From Catajapyx aquilonaris (taxonomy: Eukaryota): a DNA stretch of 64,000 nt. The position numbers were made by a program, and so were the translations under genes. The notes below the pieces were generated by a model, which was given only the letters and a program-made list of their open reading frames with translations, had not been told where the DNA came from and did no database searches. The DNA lies in the NCBI GenBank assembly GCA_000934665.2, contig KZ538040.1, forward strand, positions 1 through 64,000. Direction: 5' to 3'. This document shows, one piece after another, positions 1-10,793 of this stretch. The stretch's first letter is position 1; the number at the start of each line of letters is the position of its first letter.

Positions 1-303
1 AGGCAACAAAAACCTTCTTGTTTACAGCTAAATACTTTTCTATCACGAGTCTCATACAGAATATCTGATCTACACAACTCTTACCCGACATAAACCCATA
101 AACTTGGCTTATAATAGTTCTAAATTCAGGATTTACAATTTACAGTACGAGCAGACTATGCAAAACGACGCAGAATACTTGCGATTGGAGAATTATCAAC
201 ATTATAGTTGATAAAAATTCCAACATGATTCAACTAGAACTTAACTAGATTTTCACATGAGCGTGTACTTTTTTTCAAATGCGCAACACGTCACCGACGT
301 CAC

Positions 304-641
304 CTTTAAAAAGTGCGACCCCATCCCTGTCGGTGATCAAGATGGCGGTAAGTCCTTCCACCCTGCAAAAAAAATTAAAAATTAAAATTAATAAAAATTA
401 GCCTCATGATCATCATGCCATCACATGTTAAAGTGACCTCAAAATCACATGACTCACGATTTGAGCAGGCTGAACAGATACTTCTTCACTTCCTGTTGGG
501 ACGAAACAAAGTTGGTATATTAAGTACACAAGTACGAACCACATTTTGGGCACAATTACTGCTAAATTTTGGACCTCCGTTGCGTAACAGGAGGCTAAAA
601 TGTGCGAAAAATTGTGCGAAAGACAAGCTTACCTCCGCCAT
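304..641 (-). CDS. LAMTOR3: Ragulator complex subunit LAMTOR3 (MP1), first three coding exons (641-633, 492-458, 362-304); remainder lies left of the window
   Basis: Spliced translation MAE|EVKKYLFSLLKS|VEGLTAILITDRDGVALFK matches the LAMTOR3 N-terminus as I recall it (human MADDLKRFLYKKLPSVEGLHAIVVSDRDGVPVIK). Donors are canonical (AG|gtaagc, TC|gtgagt, AG|gtgacg), as are the acceptors (caacag at 493, ttttttttgcag at 363). Exons of 9, 35 and 59 nt keep frame. Not visible in the ORF track. Confidence 0.93.
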
Positions 642-1078
642 CTTTGATCATCTAGTCGCAAAGTTGGCCACACGCCTAGGTTAGTCTTGCAATATGCACA
701 TTTTGGTCGTCAGATGGCAGGGAAGTAGTAGCACACCCGATATGTTTTTTTCTCTGGAATATTTTCCCTCGTTCATTAATATATCTGTCTGGGCCTGTTT
801 CCAATCAGAATTTAACATGTGTCTACACATCGGTATGAAAATTACCTGCCATTACATCTATAAACCAGCCACCAAGGCAAAAATTATGTTGGGCCATAAG
901 GATCAACATTTGCGCTGCCTGCCATCTACCGGCGAATCCTCACCCGCATTTAAACACACGGCCACTGTTAGCAGAGGTTTACTCCTATCAAGAAAGTGAG
1001 GGCAGCTCTGCCCTTTGCCTGCCCCTGGGCGGCCCCCTGTGCTGGCCCCTGGATATTCTTTTCAACCACACGTACCAG
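642..1078. promoter_or_regulatory. Probable shared bidirectional promoter/5' UTR region between LAMTOR3 (-) and the zinc-finger gene (+)
   Basis: Two divergent coding regions start within ~500 bp. A YY1-like AAGATGGCGG overlaps the LAMTOR3 start (minus strand, 635-644). Transcription start sites cannot be seen from sequence. Confidence 0.5.
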
Positions 1079-1141
1079 GGTACCCTTCTACACAATGTCC
1101 CAAGATTATTCAAACTGCAAAAGTGCTTGAAATGTGAGCAC

Positions 1142-3663
1142 ATGCTAATGATGGACAAGAGGAAAAATTGTGATGGTAAAGATTGACTTATTTAAAAAAA
1201 TTAAACTAAGTTTAAAATTGGAGGAACTTAACGCTCATTCCCCCTTCTTTAAGCTGACGGTCCAAGGGTTTCCTGCACAGTATGTCCAAAGACGTTCAAG
1301 TCTAAATACGGCTTGAATGAGCACGTGAGAAATTCCCATGATGGTAATAAGACTGTCTGAAACTAAGTTTAATATTAGCATATCACTTGTTCATATTTTA
1401 TTATTTTCAGACACGCGTACCAGTGTGCCCTGCACAGTATGTCCCAAGATATTCAAACTACAAAAGTGCTTGAGAGCGCACATGAAGACATGCCATGGCC
1501 AAAGCGTAGGCAGGAAAAATGACGGTAAAGATTGACTTATTAAAACAAAGTTTAAAATTGGCAGAACTTAACGCTCATTCCCCTTCTTTAAGATGACGGT
1601 CCAAGGGTTTCCTGCAGCTTGTGTCCGAAGACATTCAAGTTTACGAACAGCCTCAGAGCGCACTTGAAGAAATGCCATGGCCAATGCATCGGCAGGAAAA
1701 ATGATGGTAAAGATTGACTTATTAAAACTAAGTTTAAAATTGGCAGAACTTAACGCTCATTCCCCTTCTTTAAGCTGACGGTCCAAGGGTTTCCTGCAGC
1801 TTGTGTCCGAAGACATTCAAGTTTACGAACAGCCTCAGAGCGCACTTGAAGAAATGCCATGGCCTACACATAGGCAGGAAAAATGATGAGGGTAAAGATT
1901 GACTTATTAAACTGAGTTTAAAATTGGCGGAACTTAGCACTCATTCTCCTTCTTCAAGCTGACGGTCCAAGGGTTTCCTGCACCATGTGTCCGAAGACAT
2001 TCAAGTTTACAAACAGCCTTAGAGCGCACATGAAGAAGTGCGGCAGTGTAAGCAGAAATGATGGCAATGGTGAGACTTACGTGCACTTCTAGGTAGTGCA
2101 GATGCATCGCTGTAGTACTCTTATTTTTTTTTTGCAGCTGCAAATGAGAGGGTGCAGTGCACATTATGCCCAAGATCATATCTCCTGAAAAAAACCCTGA
2201 ACCAACATATGAGGCAATGTCATGAAGTTAGGCCGGAAAGTGTCCCAGATGGTAGGATTAAATGGCATTGCATTTGTGCTGATGTCATATTTCAAACATG
2301 TGAAGCAAGCATTACTTGCGCCAAGAGCTAATAACTGCTAGGGCCATGTCATGTATTTCTTCTCACATTACAGGGCACGCTGTAGAAGTCACTGAAGGCG
2401 AAGGTGAAAACAGCTGCCAATTTGCACTTGCAGATTCTGGCGATGGGTGTAAGTTGTTGAAGGTGGCCACCGAAACAAAAGAGGATTTCTTGAAGTGGTT
2501 CAATCAGTACCAGAAACTAACTTGCCAGACTTTCAGGATGCGGAGGTCTAAGATTACAGATGGCACATCTGTTGTGTTCAAGGTAATAACTTACTAAAAG
2601 AATACTGAGAGTGTATCATGACATACTCAGCTTAGCCAATGGTGTGGCTATCGTTACAGGCAGTATTTAACTGTCATCGGAACACGCATCCAAGAAAAAG
2701 AGTGAAGCAACCTTCTAGGAAGCACACAGCGTGTCCTGTATATGCGAATGTTACCATCAAAGCGTCTGCCGCACTGAAGAACGGGTATGAACTGCAAAAT
2801 AGTCCAATTATGTCGAGAGTGAAGGAATTAGTGGCAATAGCAAATGTTGTGTACCTATACAGTCACTGCATTAGCATGTAATTTTATATGACTAATTTTT
2901 CCATTACACTTTACATTTCATAGCTCTGAGGCTCAATATCCAACATCAGTGAAGCTGAAGGGGAATCATAATCACGGTGTGAAAACTGTTGATGCTCTGG
3001 GACTTCGTGATCCATCAGACGCCACAAAAGAAACACTTGTAGGATATTTAGAGAAGGGCATGCGTCCAAGTGAGGCACTTGCCGAGTTAAGGGAACATTA
3101 CTACAGGAGTCGGGTGACTGACGAAGAATACTTCCGAGTCATCCAAGATCGCAGTTACATGCCTGATGTGAAGTGGGTGTACAGATTTCGCAAAACTCTC
3201 TGTGAGGCCCAGTTTGGAACCGAAGAATGTTAGTATACTGCAGGAGTGGGGGGTAAATTATTTTGATTCGCCTAGAATTAATAGGAGATTTTCTTCTTTC
3301 AAAGTGATGATGGAGACTGTGAAGGAGAATGTGGCAGACCACATCGGGAATGAGAAGACCAACGACGAGCTGTTCCAAGAAGTAACAAGACGAATGGGAT
3401 CCCAGTTAGGGTCAGGTGATGACTGGTGTGCGGCAATAACAGCATTTAAGAAAAATTGGGATGGCCTTAGAACGGACAGTGCTAGGCTATCAGCCTTGCA
3501 CAACTTTGGCAAGTTGGGAGGAGAAAAAAGGTTGCGAAATGCCTCCTACATCGCCATGACCACTGCAGCAGGAAGGAGGGTTCTCCCCAGTGGGAGGCCT
3601 CCGAAGTCCTCCTTCACCCCTGAGCATGGCTATGCTGAGGTGCAGGGGGGCAGCAGCAGCTAA
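1142..3663 (+). CDS. Multi-exon zinc-finger protein fused to MULE-transposase-like DNA-binding and C-terminal regions (~560 aa; start codon uncertain)
   Basis: Exons 1142-1175, 1254-1343, 1411-1524, 1593-1706, 1775-1891, 1959-2069, 2138-2251, 2374-2582, 2660-2784, 2924-3228 and 3305-3663 join through GT..AG introns of 67-139 nt into one open frame ending TAA at 3661-3663. Six exons each encode C-x2-C-x3-[FY]-x5-L-x2-H-x3/4-[C/H] (e.g. CTVCPKTFKSKYGLNEHVRNSH). Downstream come FNCHRNT..KHTACP..KGNHNH (WRKY/GCM1/FAR1-like C..C..HxH), GMRPSEAL..DRSYMPD..FG and a tail with SALHNFGK..GRPPK..EHGY. Confidence 0.85.
1175..2030 (+). repeat. Tandemly duplicated ~182-bp intron+zinc-finger-exon units
   Basis: The intron 'gtaaagattgacttattaaaac..agtttaaaattggcagaacttaacgctcattccccttctttaag' recurs at 1176, 1525, 1707 and 1892. 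Units 1525-1706 and 1707-1891 are nearly identical in both intron and exon. Confidence 0.95.
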
Positions 3664-3692
3664 TCATAGTGAAGCTGTGCAGAGTGGGAGGA

Positions 3693-3698
3693 AATAAA
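3693..3698 (+). terminator. Candidate polyadenylation signal AATAAA of the zinc-finger gene
   Basis: AATAAA 30 nt after the stop codon, followed by T/GT-rich sequence. Confidence 0.5.
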
Positions 3699-6600
3699 AA
3701 TTTTGCCGTAAGTTTTGTAGTGAAATTGTGACTTGATAAGTGCATGAATTTTATAAATAGTCCTTATTTGTACCCATTTCCTATAGGCTACCTTACTAAA
3801 CAAATTATTATATTTAACCCTCAACTTGAAACATTTATGTTGCCACCAAGAAGTAAAGTTTTTGTCAAAATGAAAAATCCCATACCTATATTCCTCAAAA
3901 ACACTCATAGCCCGTACCTGAAAAAAAAAAGTGTGATGGAAAATAATTTTAATACCAGCTAATGCCATTTTCGATTAAGGCAGTGATATTCTGGATACAG
4001 TCGTCATAATACCCATAATGTCCGTCCGTCTGCATGAGCATCAGTACGTATTGACCCATAGGGACGGAAGAGATGAGCACAACAACCGACAACAACATTA
4101 CTTTCCAGCAGGCTTTCCATGTACCACACTCGGACACATTAGAGATTAGATGATGGCTGACTCTCATATTTTCTCAGTACTGAAAGTTAACGAAGTTGTT
4201 GCCATCACCTGTCAAAATAACCTCCTGTTATACCTCTTTGTGACAAGTGCCCAGATTAAATTGTAATATACAATGTAGGCTCTAATGGTAGAATTTAAAG
4301 AAAATTTATGCACCAGCAAGTCAAAGCCACGAATTTTATTTATTTATTTAGGCGAGTATTTTTGGTGTACTGTGCCTAAATTATGGCCACTTTTCTCAAA
4401 GTGCTCTAAAGTTGCATCAAAGAAGTTTCAGGCTTTTTTGAGATTGACAGAGCAGGTTACTTGATATTCATTTATAGTTCTCCCATTCCAGTGTAAAGCT
4501 CTGAATTTCATAATTTGCTGTACTGTTGCATATGCATCTGAATTAAGATTAAAAGAGCAAGAATACTCATCCACACTTGGCACACGGTGGTGGTATCAAC
4601 AAATACATATCAAATCACCTGTACAGTACATCTCTGTACCTGTACGTACTTTAGGTAAATGAGGCTCTGTAAACGAACTAGATTAAACGCAGACAATACA
4701 ATGCATCCTTGAAATCGACCTGCATTCAGCTTGTATGCCTGTCTCTTTTTGCTTGTATTTCCTACTCAATTTGGAAGCATTAGTGAAAGAATTACTGTGT
4801 AAATACAGTAGGACGAGAGGTAATGTCGGGCCGTCCTCCTTAAACATTCACTTTAAATGTATAAACACAGTAAATGTGATTTCGTCTGCACTCTATGTAC
4901 AAGACAGAATCACATGGCCCCTTTCAGAACACCCTGTACACTGGTGTCATGAGGTCAGGTATGGAGACATCTGGCAGAAGCAGCGATGTGAATCGGACAC
5001 TGACTATATACAGCTACAGGGGCCAACTAAGCTCTGGAGAAAACCGGCCCCCACGAATGAAACCCTGGACTCCACTGACACTGCCTGGAGCATGTCCGCA
5101 AGCATTAGGGTAAGGCGCCCAAATTTCGACACCCTTACGTTGTTTTCCTCTTGTTAGAAAATGGCTGAACGCAGCAATTGAACACTTACCTACTACTGTA
5201 GGTCCCACAATGAAAATTTAAAACGAACCTTCCTTCTTTCCCACTCTTTTTGCGGCTGAGTGTGGAGCGGATAGGACGTATACTCGTATGCCATGGAGTA
5301 TGTAAATTTATAATCTAAAATATTTTAAACCTTAGGTACTGAGCATTTGTAACATTGCGGCGAGGCACATGACCGACAATGTCACAATTATAGTTGCTCC
5401 AGTAATCTCCAATTTTATTGTTACTTGTTACTAAGGGGGCGGGCAGCAAGGAATGCCACTCACGAGTAGGTCCGTGAAACCTTGCCTCAGGTGGACAGCA
5501 GTAGATAACCAGTAATTAATGTCAGCTACTGGTAGTATTAGAGCACCCGATTCGCAATTGTATAGTACCATAACCAGTAATTAGGTGAACACGGACACGG
5601 ACAGGCCAGCAGATATTTTAATCAATTCAAACAATTCAATACTCTCCCAGTTCATCAGCAATTTTGGCAAGTGGACATCATTGTTGACTTGGGCATACCC
5701 ATATAATAGAGGGGTACAAGATAATAGGGACACATGCGCAACAGAAATTCTTGCAGCACAATAAACGTGGGTTTTCTCATATATAGGGATGGGATGTTGT
5801 GTTTGTTGATGTGTCGACCGCAAATTACATGTGACAGTATGGGCACAGTAGCAATTTTCTCATGAAATTACACTGGTCATGTTGTGCATCACAATGTTAC
5901 AATATTATGATTCACTCGCCTGCAGAATAGCTCAGTTTTTTAAAGCATTTTTGGCGATGAAAATGCTTGTTTAAAATTTCGGTTGCTGTCATGAACAACC
6001 CTCTCCATTATTCTCCCACATTGGACTATTAACTTGGGCAGTGCACCTCCTTCTACACATGCATGAGCGCACTTTCTAAATACGAAAGTAATTTTCTGAG
6101 TTTATTAATATTTGAAGCTCCAGTTGAGTGGCACAAATTTAAAATGACCGGTTTGAATGGGTTGCTAGTTTTGTCACGAGATGGCTCCTGAAGGTATGGT
6201 GGGCCTACCTGCCATCTGGTAGCCAATCATCCTAGTTGTGATGTCTCCTTATTGTACTGTATTATATTATTATTTTTATATTATAATATTATAATGTATA
6301 TAGTGAAGCAGTGTGTGAAAGTTGTGAACATTTTGCCATTTGAACAGAAGCGTGGGGAAAAATAATGTTCAAGCATGTGTGACTCCATTTGTGCCCAGTC
6401 AAAATCCGCAAAATATTTTGTGGCCAACATTGTTAATATTATTTTATCGCCATTAAGAGTTCAGCGATATCTTTAGGCTACTACATGCACAGAATTGGTG
6501 TAGATAATTATTGTATTAAAATTTAAATAGCAGTTGACCCTTCAAACCGAAACTCTAGATAATGATGACAAAAAAATTACATTATCCTACATCATAATAG

Positions 6601-7260
6601 TGCAAATCTTCCTACTTGTGGTTGGCTCTAAAGAGATGACATTACTCCTGTCATACTCACACATGTGTACTTCTGTGACGTTGAAACACAAATTGCACAT
6701 CAGCATTTTCATTGAAATTTACGCACTTTGCATCTACGACCTAGCAAATACGAGTTTGTATGTGCAACGCAAGTGGCTGTCTAATTCGCCTAGTGCACTA
6801 ATAACGCAACTATAGTACTTCAAAGACTAGAGCGAGGCTGATGCTAACGCGGTAATTGCGTGCAGTAATTATGTTTGTTCGCACAAAATCACCAAAAAGC
6901 CGATAATGCATTAGCACATCTCTCCGGTCCCACTATAATAATAAGGGGCTCAACGATAGCAGCACAACCCGATGATGCAAAATTACTAGTCGTAACTTCC
7001 GTAATCTTCAAAAGGATGGGCTAAAGTTGCCAAACTGATTAGATAATAATAGTTCGACTTGCCATTAAGTAGAAGTTCTAAAGGTATGACAAACCGATTT
7101 TAAAAAAAATGACAAATTTACAGACCCAAATTGATTACTCCGGATTCATCTTGCAAAATTTACCGGATTTCCTTGCAATTTAGCGAGATTCATCAGTAGC
7201 CTATATTAAGATGATTTAATATTCAGATTGCTGCTAATTCGCTTCATTCAGTAACACGTA

Positions 7261-7629
7261 CAGGGTGTTTTATGATTACCGACGTTTTATGGTGAACTTC
7301 TGGGCACTTGGGCGGATACAGACTACGACACTTCCATCGCCTTGGACTGCCCAAATTTTAAATTAAAATCGCTTATTTTTTATATGTCGTTTTGAGAGGC
7401 GCGTTACATGTAATTTTTGTAAGAGTTTTCTTTCAAAACGTTTTGATATGGTCCGCTTTTGGTATAGGGAGTTACAAGGCAGCAGCCACAGAGAGGTATC
7501 TCAACACGCGTTGAATTTGGAGCGCTTTTAACTGGTGCCATGTAACGTACCTCTACTGCTTAATGAAGTGTTCATTTATCCGCTTCAAACACGAAAGCCA
7601 TGTTCATTTAGCAGTTACTAAACACCCTG
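7261..7629. mobile_element. Tc1/mariner-type MITE (369 bp)
   Basis: Termini CAGGGTGTTT...AAACACCCTG flanked by TA on both sides (7259-7260, 7630-7631). Same terminal decamer as the element at 47896. No ORF. Confidence 0.7.
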
Positions 7630-8478
7630 TATAAGCTTGTCGGTCTAGTTAAGAAACACTCTTGGAACATGAGACACACACACAGACACACACACAAAAA
7701 AACCTTTGAAGCCTTCCTATTGGATCCCTCATCCTGGGGATGGGAATTAGACCTATTGATTCACTTTAGCTGCCGCTTGCTTAAGATTCAACTGCTTAAC
7801 TTGCTTCAATTTAGGAGCAGACGAAATAATAACAGCACTTCACATGCTGCTCGAGGATTGGAATTGGGAGGGGGAGGAAAGGATGTCGTTGCAATAAGGG
7901 GTCATGCACCACGTGCAATACGATGGTGGGGGACACTTAGAGCTGGTTTTAATAATCCGCAATGGTCCGCCTCTTAACCTCCATCACACATTTTTTAAAC
8001 TAATTATTATTCAGGATTAAAAATTCCGCACGCATTTTGTGGGTTGGAGGGGGGAAAAAGATAATTAGCGGCAATTTCCATGCGGATTGGACCCTCCCAA
8101 GGAAAACCCAGCTCGAACTTGAGGAGACCATATTGGGTCCTCCCCAGTTTTTTTCTGGGATAAAAGCCCGATATAATGCTGCCAAAGGGAAGGGTTTTTT
8201 TTTCCAGCATGGGAATATTGCATTGCAAACGAGTAGTAATGCGGTAAGTGAGCTAATATGAGCACGCCGGGTCCCAAAAGCCTCACGTGACGTTATCCGG
8301 CCTGCTCGAATTACCGCGTAGTTATTTGCATACACCTCCGGGGGGTCGGTGTGTGGGAAGCTTCCAATTTCGGGGAGGCTGGAAATTGCAATCGGGGCAC
8401 ATTGTTGGTTTCAAAATCGGGGGCGTGTAACTCTGATGGTTAGTTGGAAGCACTGTGTCCAGCACATGATAAATGAAA

Positions 8479-8580
8479 TCATATACTGTAGAGGTAGAAT
8501 TGGCTTGATTTGTGCTTCTGTTTGTCCGGAGTGAGTCATCATCCGCTCAGCATGTAGTAAATTTACGTAAAATGACAGCT
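8479..8580 (+). mobile_element. Dispersed repeat family A (Helitron-like 5' portion)
   Basis: A^TC..TAGAATTGGCTTGA.T.TGTGC.TCTGTTTGTCC..GTGAGTCATC, shared with about nine other loci in the window. Confidence 0.65.
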
Positions 8581-8675
8581 TGTAATTATCTAATTAAAAA
8601 TCCCTTTTAAGAACACGCTATTTATGAGCTACAGCGAACACGATTCTGAGAGCCTGTCACTCCGCCGTCTGTCTT

Positions 8676-9138
8676 GGAGGTTGCGAACTCACCCACTCAC
8701 GCGACTACCACCTCTAGTTGGTGTGGAAGTTGCGAACTCACCCCCTAACGTGACTACCACCGCTAGTTAGTGTGGAAATTGCGAACTCACCCACTCACGC
8801 GACTACTACCGCTAGTTGGTGTGGAAGTTGCGAACTTACCCACTCACGCGACTACTACCGCTAGTTGGTGTGGAAGTTGCGAACTTACCCACTCACGCGA
8901 CTACTACCGCTAGTTGGTGTGGAAGTTGCGAACTNNNNNNNNNNNNNNNNNNNNNNNNNNNNNNNNNNNNNNNNNNNNNNNNNNNNNNNNNNNNNCTCAC
9001 GTGACTACTACCGCTAGTTGGTGTGGAAATTGCGAACTCACCCACTCACGTGACTACTACCGCTAGTTGGTGTGGAAGTTGCGAACTCACCCCCTAAGGT
9101 GAATACCTACCGCTAGATGGCGTGGGAAGGGCGAACTC
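8676..9138. repeat. 49-bp minisatellite spanning an assembly gap (N 8935-8995)
   Basis: Unit GGAAGTTGCGAACTCACCCACTCACGCGACTACTACCGCTAGTTGGTGT; TTGCGAACT recurs at 8681, 8730, 8779, 8828, 8877 and 8926, and again after the gap. Confidence 0.95.
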
Positions 9139-10379
9139 GCTGCATGCTAACGCACACACATCCGTGGCGGTGAAGCTAATATGTGTAAAAAAAAATTGCA
9201 ACGGGTGTCCATGGAAACGAACACTATTGTGGCTTTCCCAACTTGTGTTTCAGGGCAGTGTAACCACCTGGTCAAGCCGTAACTCACATCGTCATCTATG
9301 TAAATAATAATAATAAGCATCCTCGAGCAGCAAAGCAAAACAGCACATTCACTTAGCATAACGGGCTTGCCCCTTTGCCATTCATTCAACGGGTGGTTGT
9401 CACGGTTTTCAGCACTGCACGACTTGACCAACTTTCATTCCCTCCACAACCAACAAGCCCAGCAGATATATATATACGCAACCCCCCCGTACATTGTCCA
9501 AACCCCCGGTTATATTCCCTCTCTACAAAACAACGTTGCTCGTTTGTGTATACGAGTACGAGTCCGCGTAACACAAAGCGTGCTTGATTAGATTGTCCTT
9601 TGTGCAGTGCTAATGAAACTCATTGTCCTGACTTAGATATTGTGGACCCAGAGTGTAATTTGCCCCCAGGTTTCCGCTGCCGACTCCTAATTCAAGGGTT
9701 GCCGCTCTCTTGCACAAAAGACTACGCCCCATATTTTTTTTATAAAAAAAATAACAAGATATATATTAAATTCTGCAATTTTTAGACACATTGTGTGGTT
9801 AGCATCAGCACGTACTTCTCCACAACATGATCAAAATTTGTGGCCGCGCTTAGTGGGGGGGAAAAGCTTAGCAATCGGCGGCAATAACAATATTTGGTTA
9901 ACCCCCAACGGATTGTTATGGGATACGAGCCCCGGAGAGGTTTGGAAGGGAGCTTCCACACAACAGAGAGGCCGTTGTGACAATGCCTTTTCCTGGCTGC
10001 TTCCGAGTTTCTCTCTTCAAACACGGTGTTATTCCTTCAAACAAGAGACTTTCTCAAGCATCTGATTCATCAGGAGACAGGTCGTGGGAAAAGGGACATC
10101 TTTCAAGTGGATGAGACACCGAAATGGGGAGCAGTTTTGCGACATGTTTAAGGCAGATTGATGAGAGAGAAATTGTGGGGGGGACCGAGAGAAATTTGGG
10201 GCGAATCACACTGAAATCGTATTTACAATATTGGAGGGAGTATAATAAAAGGAGTATAATATAATAAAAGTATAAAATATAAAGTATATAATTATAGTAA
10301 AAGGAGTATAATATAATATATTAACCAAAATTATTTTCATTTAATGCCATTTTTGCAGAATTCTTATTGCCGAACGATA

Positions 10380-10793
10380 TCATAGAATTGGCTTGAGTAT
10401 GTGCCTATGTATATGTCCAGGTAGCGATAGAGGAATAATGAGCCAGCTATGTGAGGGATATGGTGCTACAGTAGTCGGGGGGGGGGGGGGGGGAANGCAA
10501 GCCTGTGCTTCTGTTTGTCCAGAGTGAGTCATCTCCGTTCAGCTAGGTGCATGTAGTGAATTTGCGTAAAATGGCAACAGCAGGTGTCCATGGCAACTTG
10601 GCAAAGCCACAATAACGTTCGTTAGCCAGCTATGTGGGGGATATGGTACTACAGTGCAAAGGTAGTCTGTGCTTCTGTTTGTCCGGAGTCAGTCATCCCC
10701 GTTCAGCTAGGTGTATGTAGTGAATTTGCGTAAAATGGCAACAGCAGGTGTCCATATAGCAACTTGGCAAAGCCACAATAACGTTCGTTAAGG
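10380..10793 (+). mobile_element. Family A Helitron-like element with an internal ~180-bp tandem duplication
   Basis: Starts A^TCATAGAATTGGCTTGAG. The block 'agccagctatgtg..ctgtgcttctgtttgtcc..gcaaagccacaataacgttcgtta' occurs twice (~10441-10624 and ~10624-10790). Confidence 0.7.

Noticed and set aside
342..353. Plus-strand ATGGCG|gtaagt that looks like a first exon for the zinc-finger gene
   Set aside because: It is the antisense of LAMTOR3 exon 3 codons (CTT ACC GCC ATC), so it is explained by that coding sequence.
406..999. ORFs 406-684 and 694-999 (+)
   Set aside because: The first is antisense to LAMTOR3 exons and introns; neither has recognisable motifs.
998..1053. GC-rich stretch that might be a TIR of a parent transposon for the zinc-finger/MULE gene
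   Set aside because: I could find no matching inverted copy downstream of 3663.
4735..6060. Coding-looking segments and ORFs (4735-5157, 5014-5208, 5581-5823), and a possible SECIS-like ATGA motif near 5057
   Set aside because: No consistent splice chain, no recognisable protein family and no convincing SECIS stem.
8676..9138. CRISPR-like regular repeats (also 52919-53214 and 59160-59732)
   Set aside because: Units are head-to-tail without unique spacers, there are no cas genes, and the context is eukaryotic.
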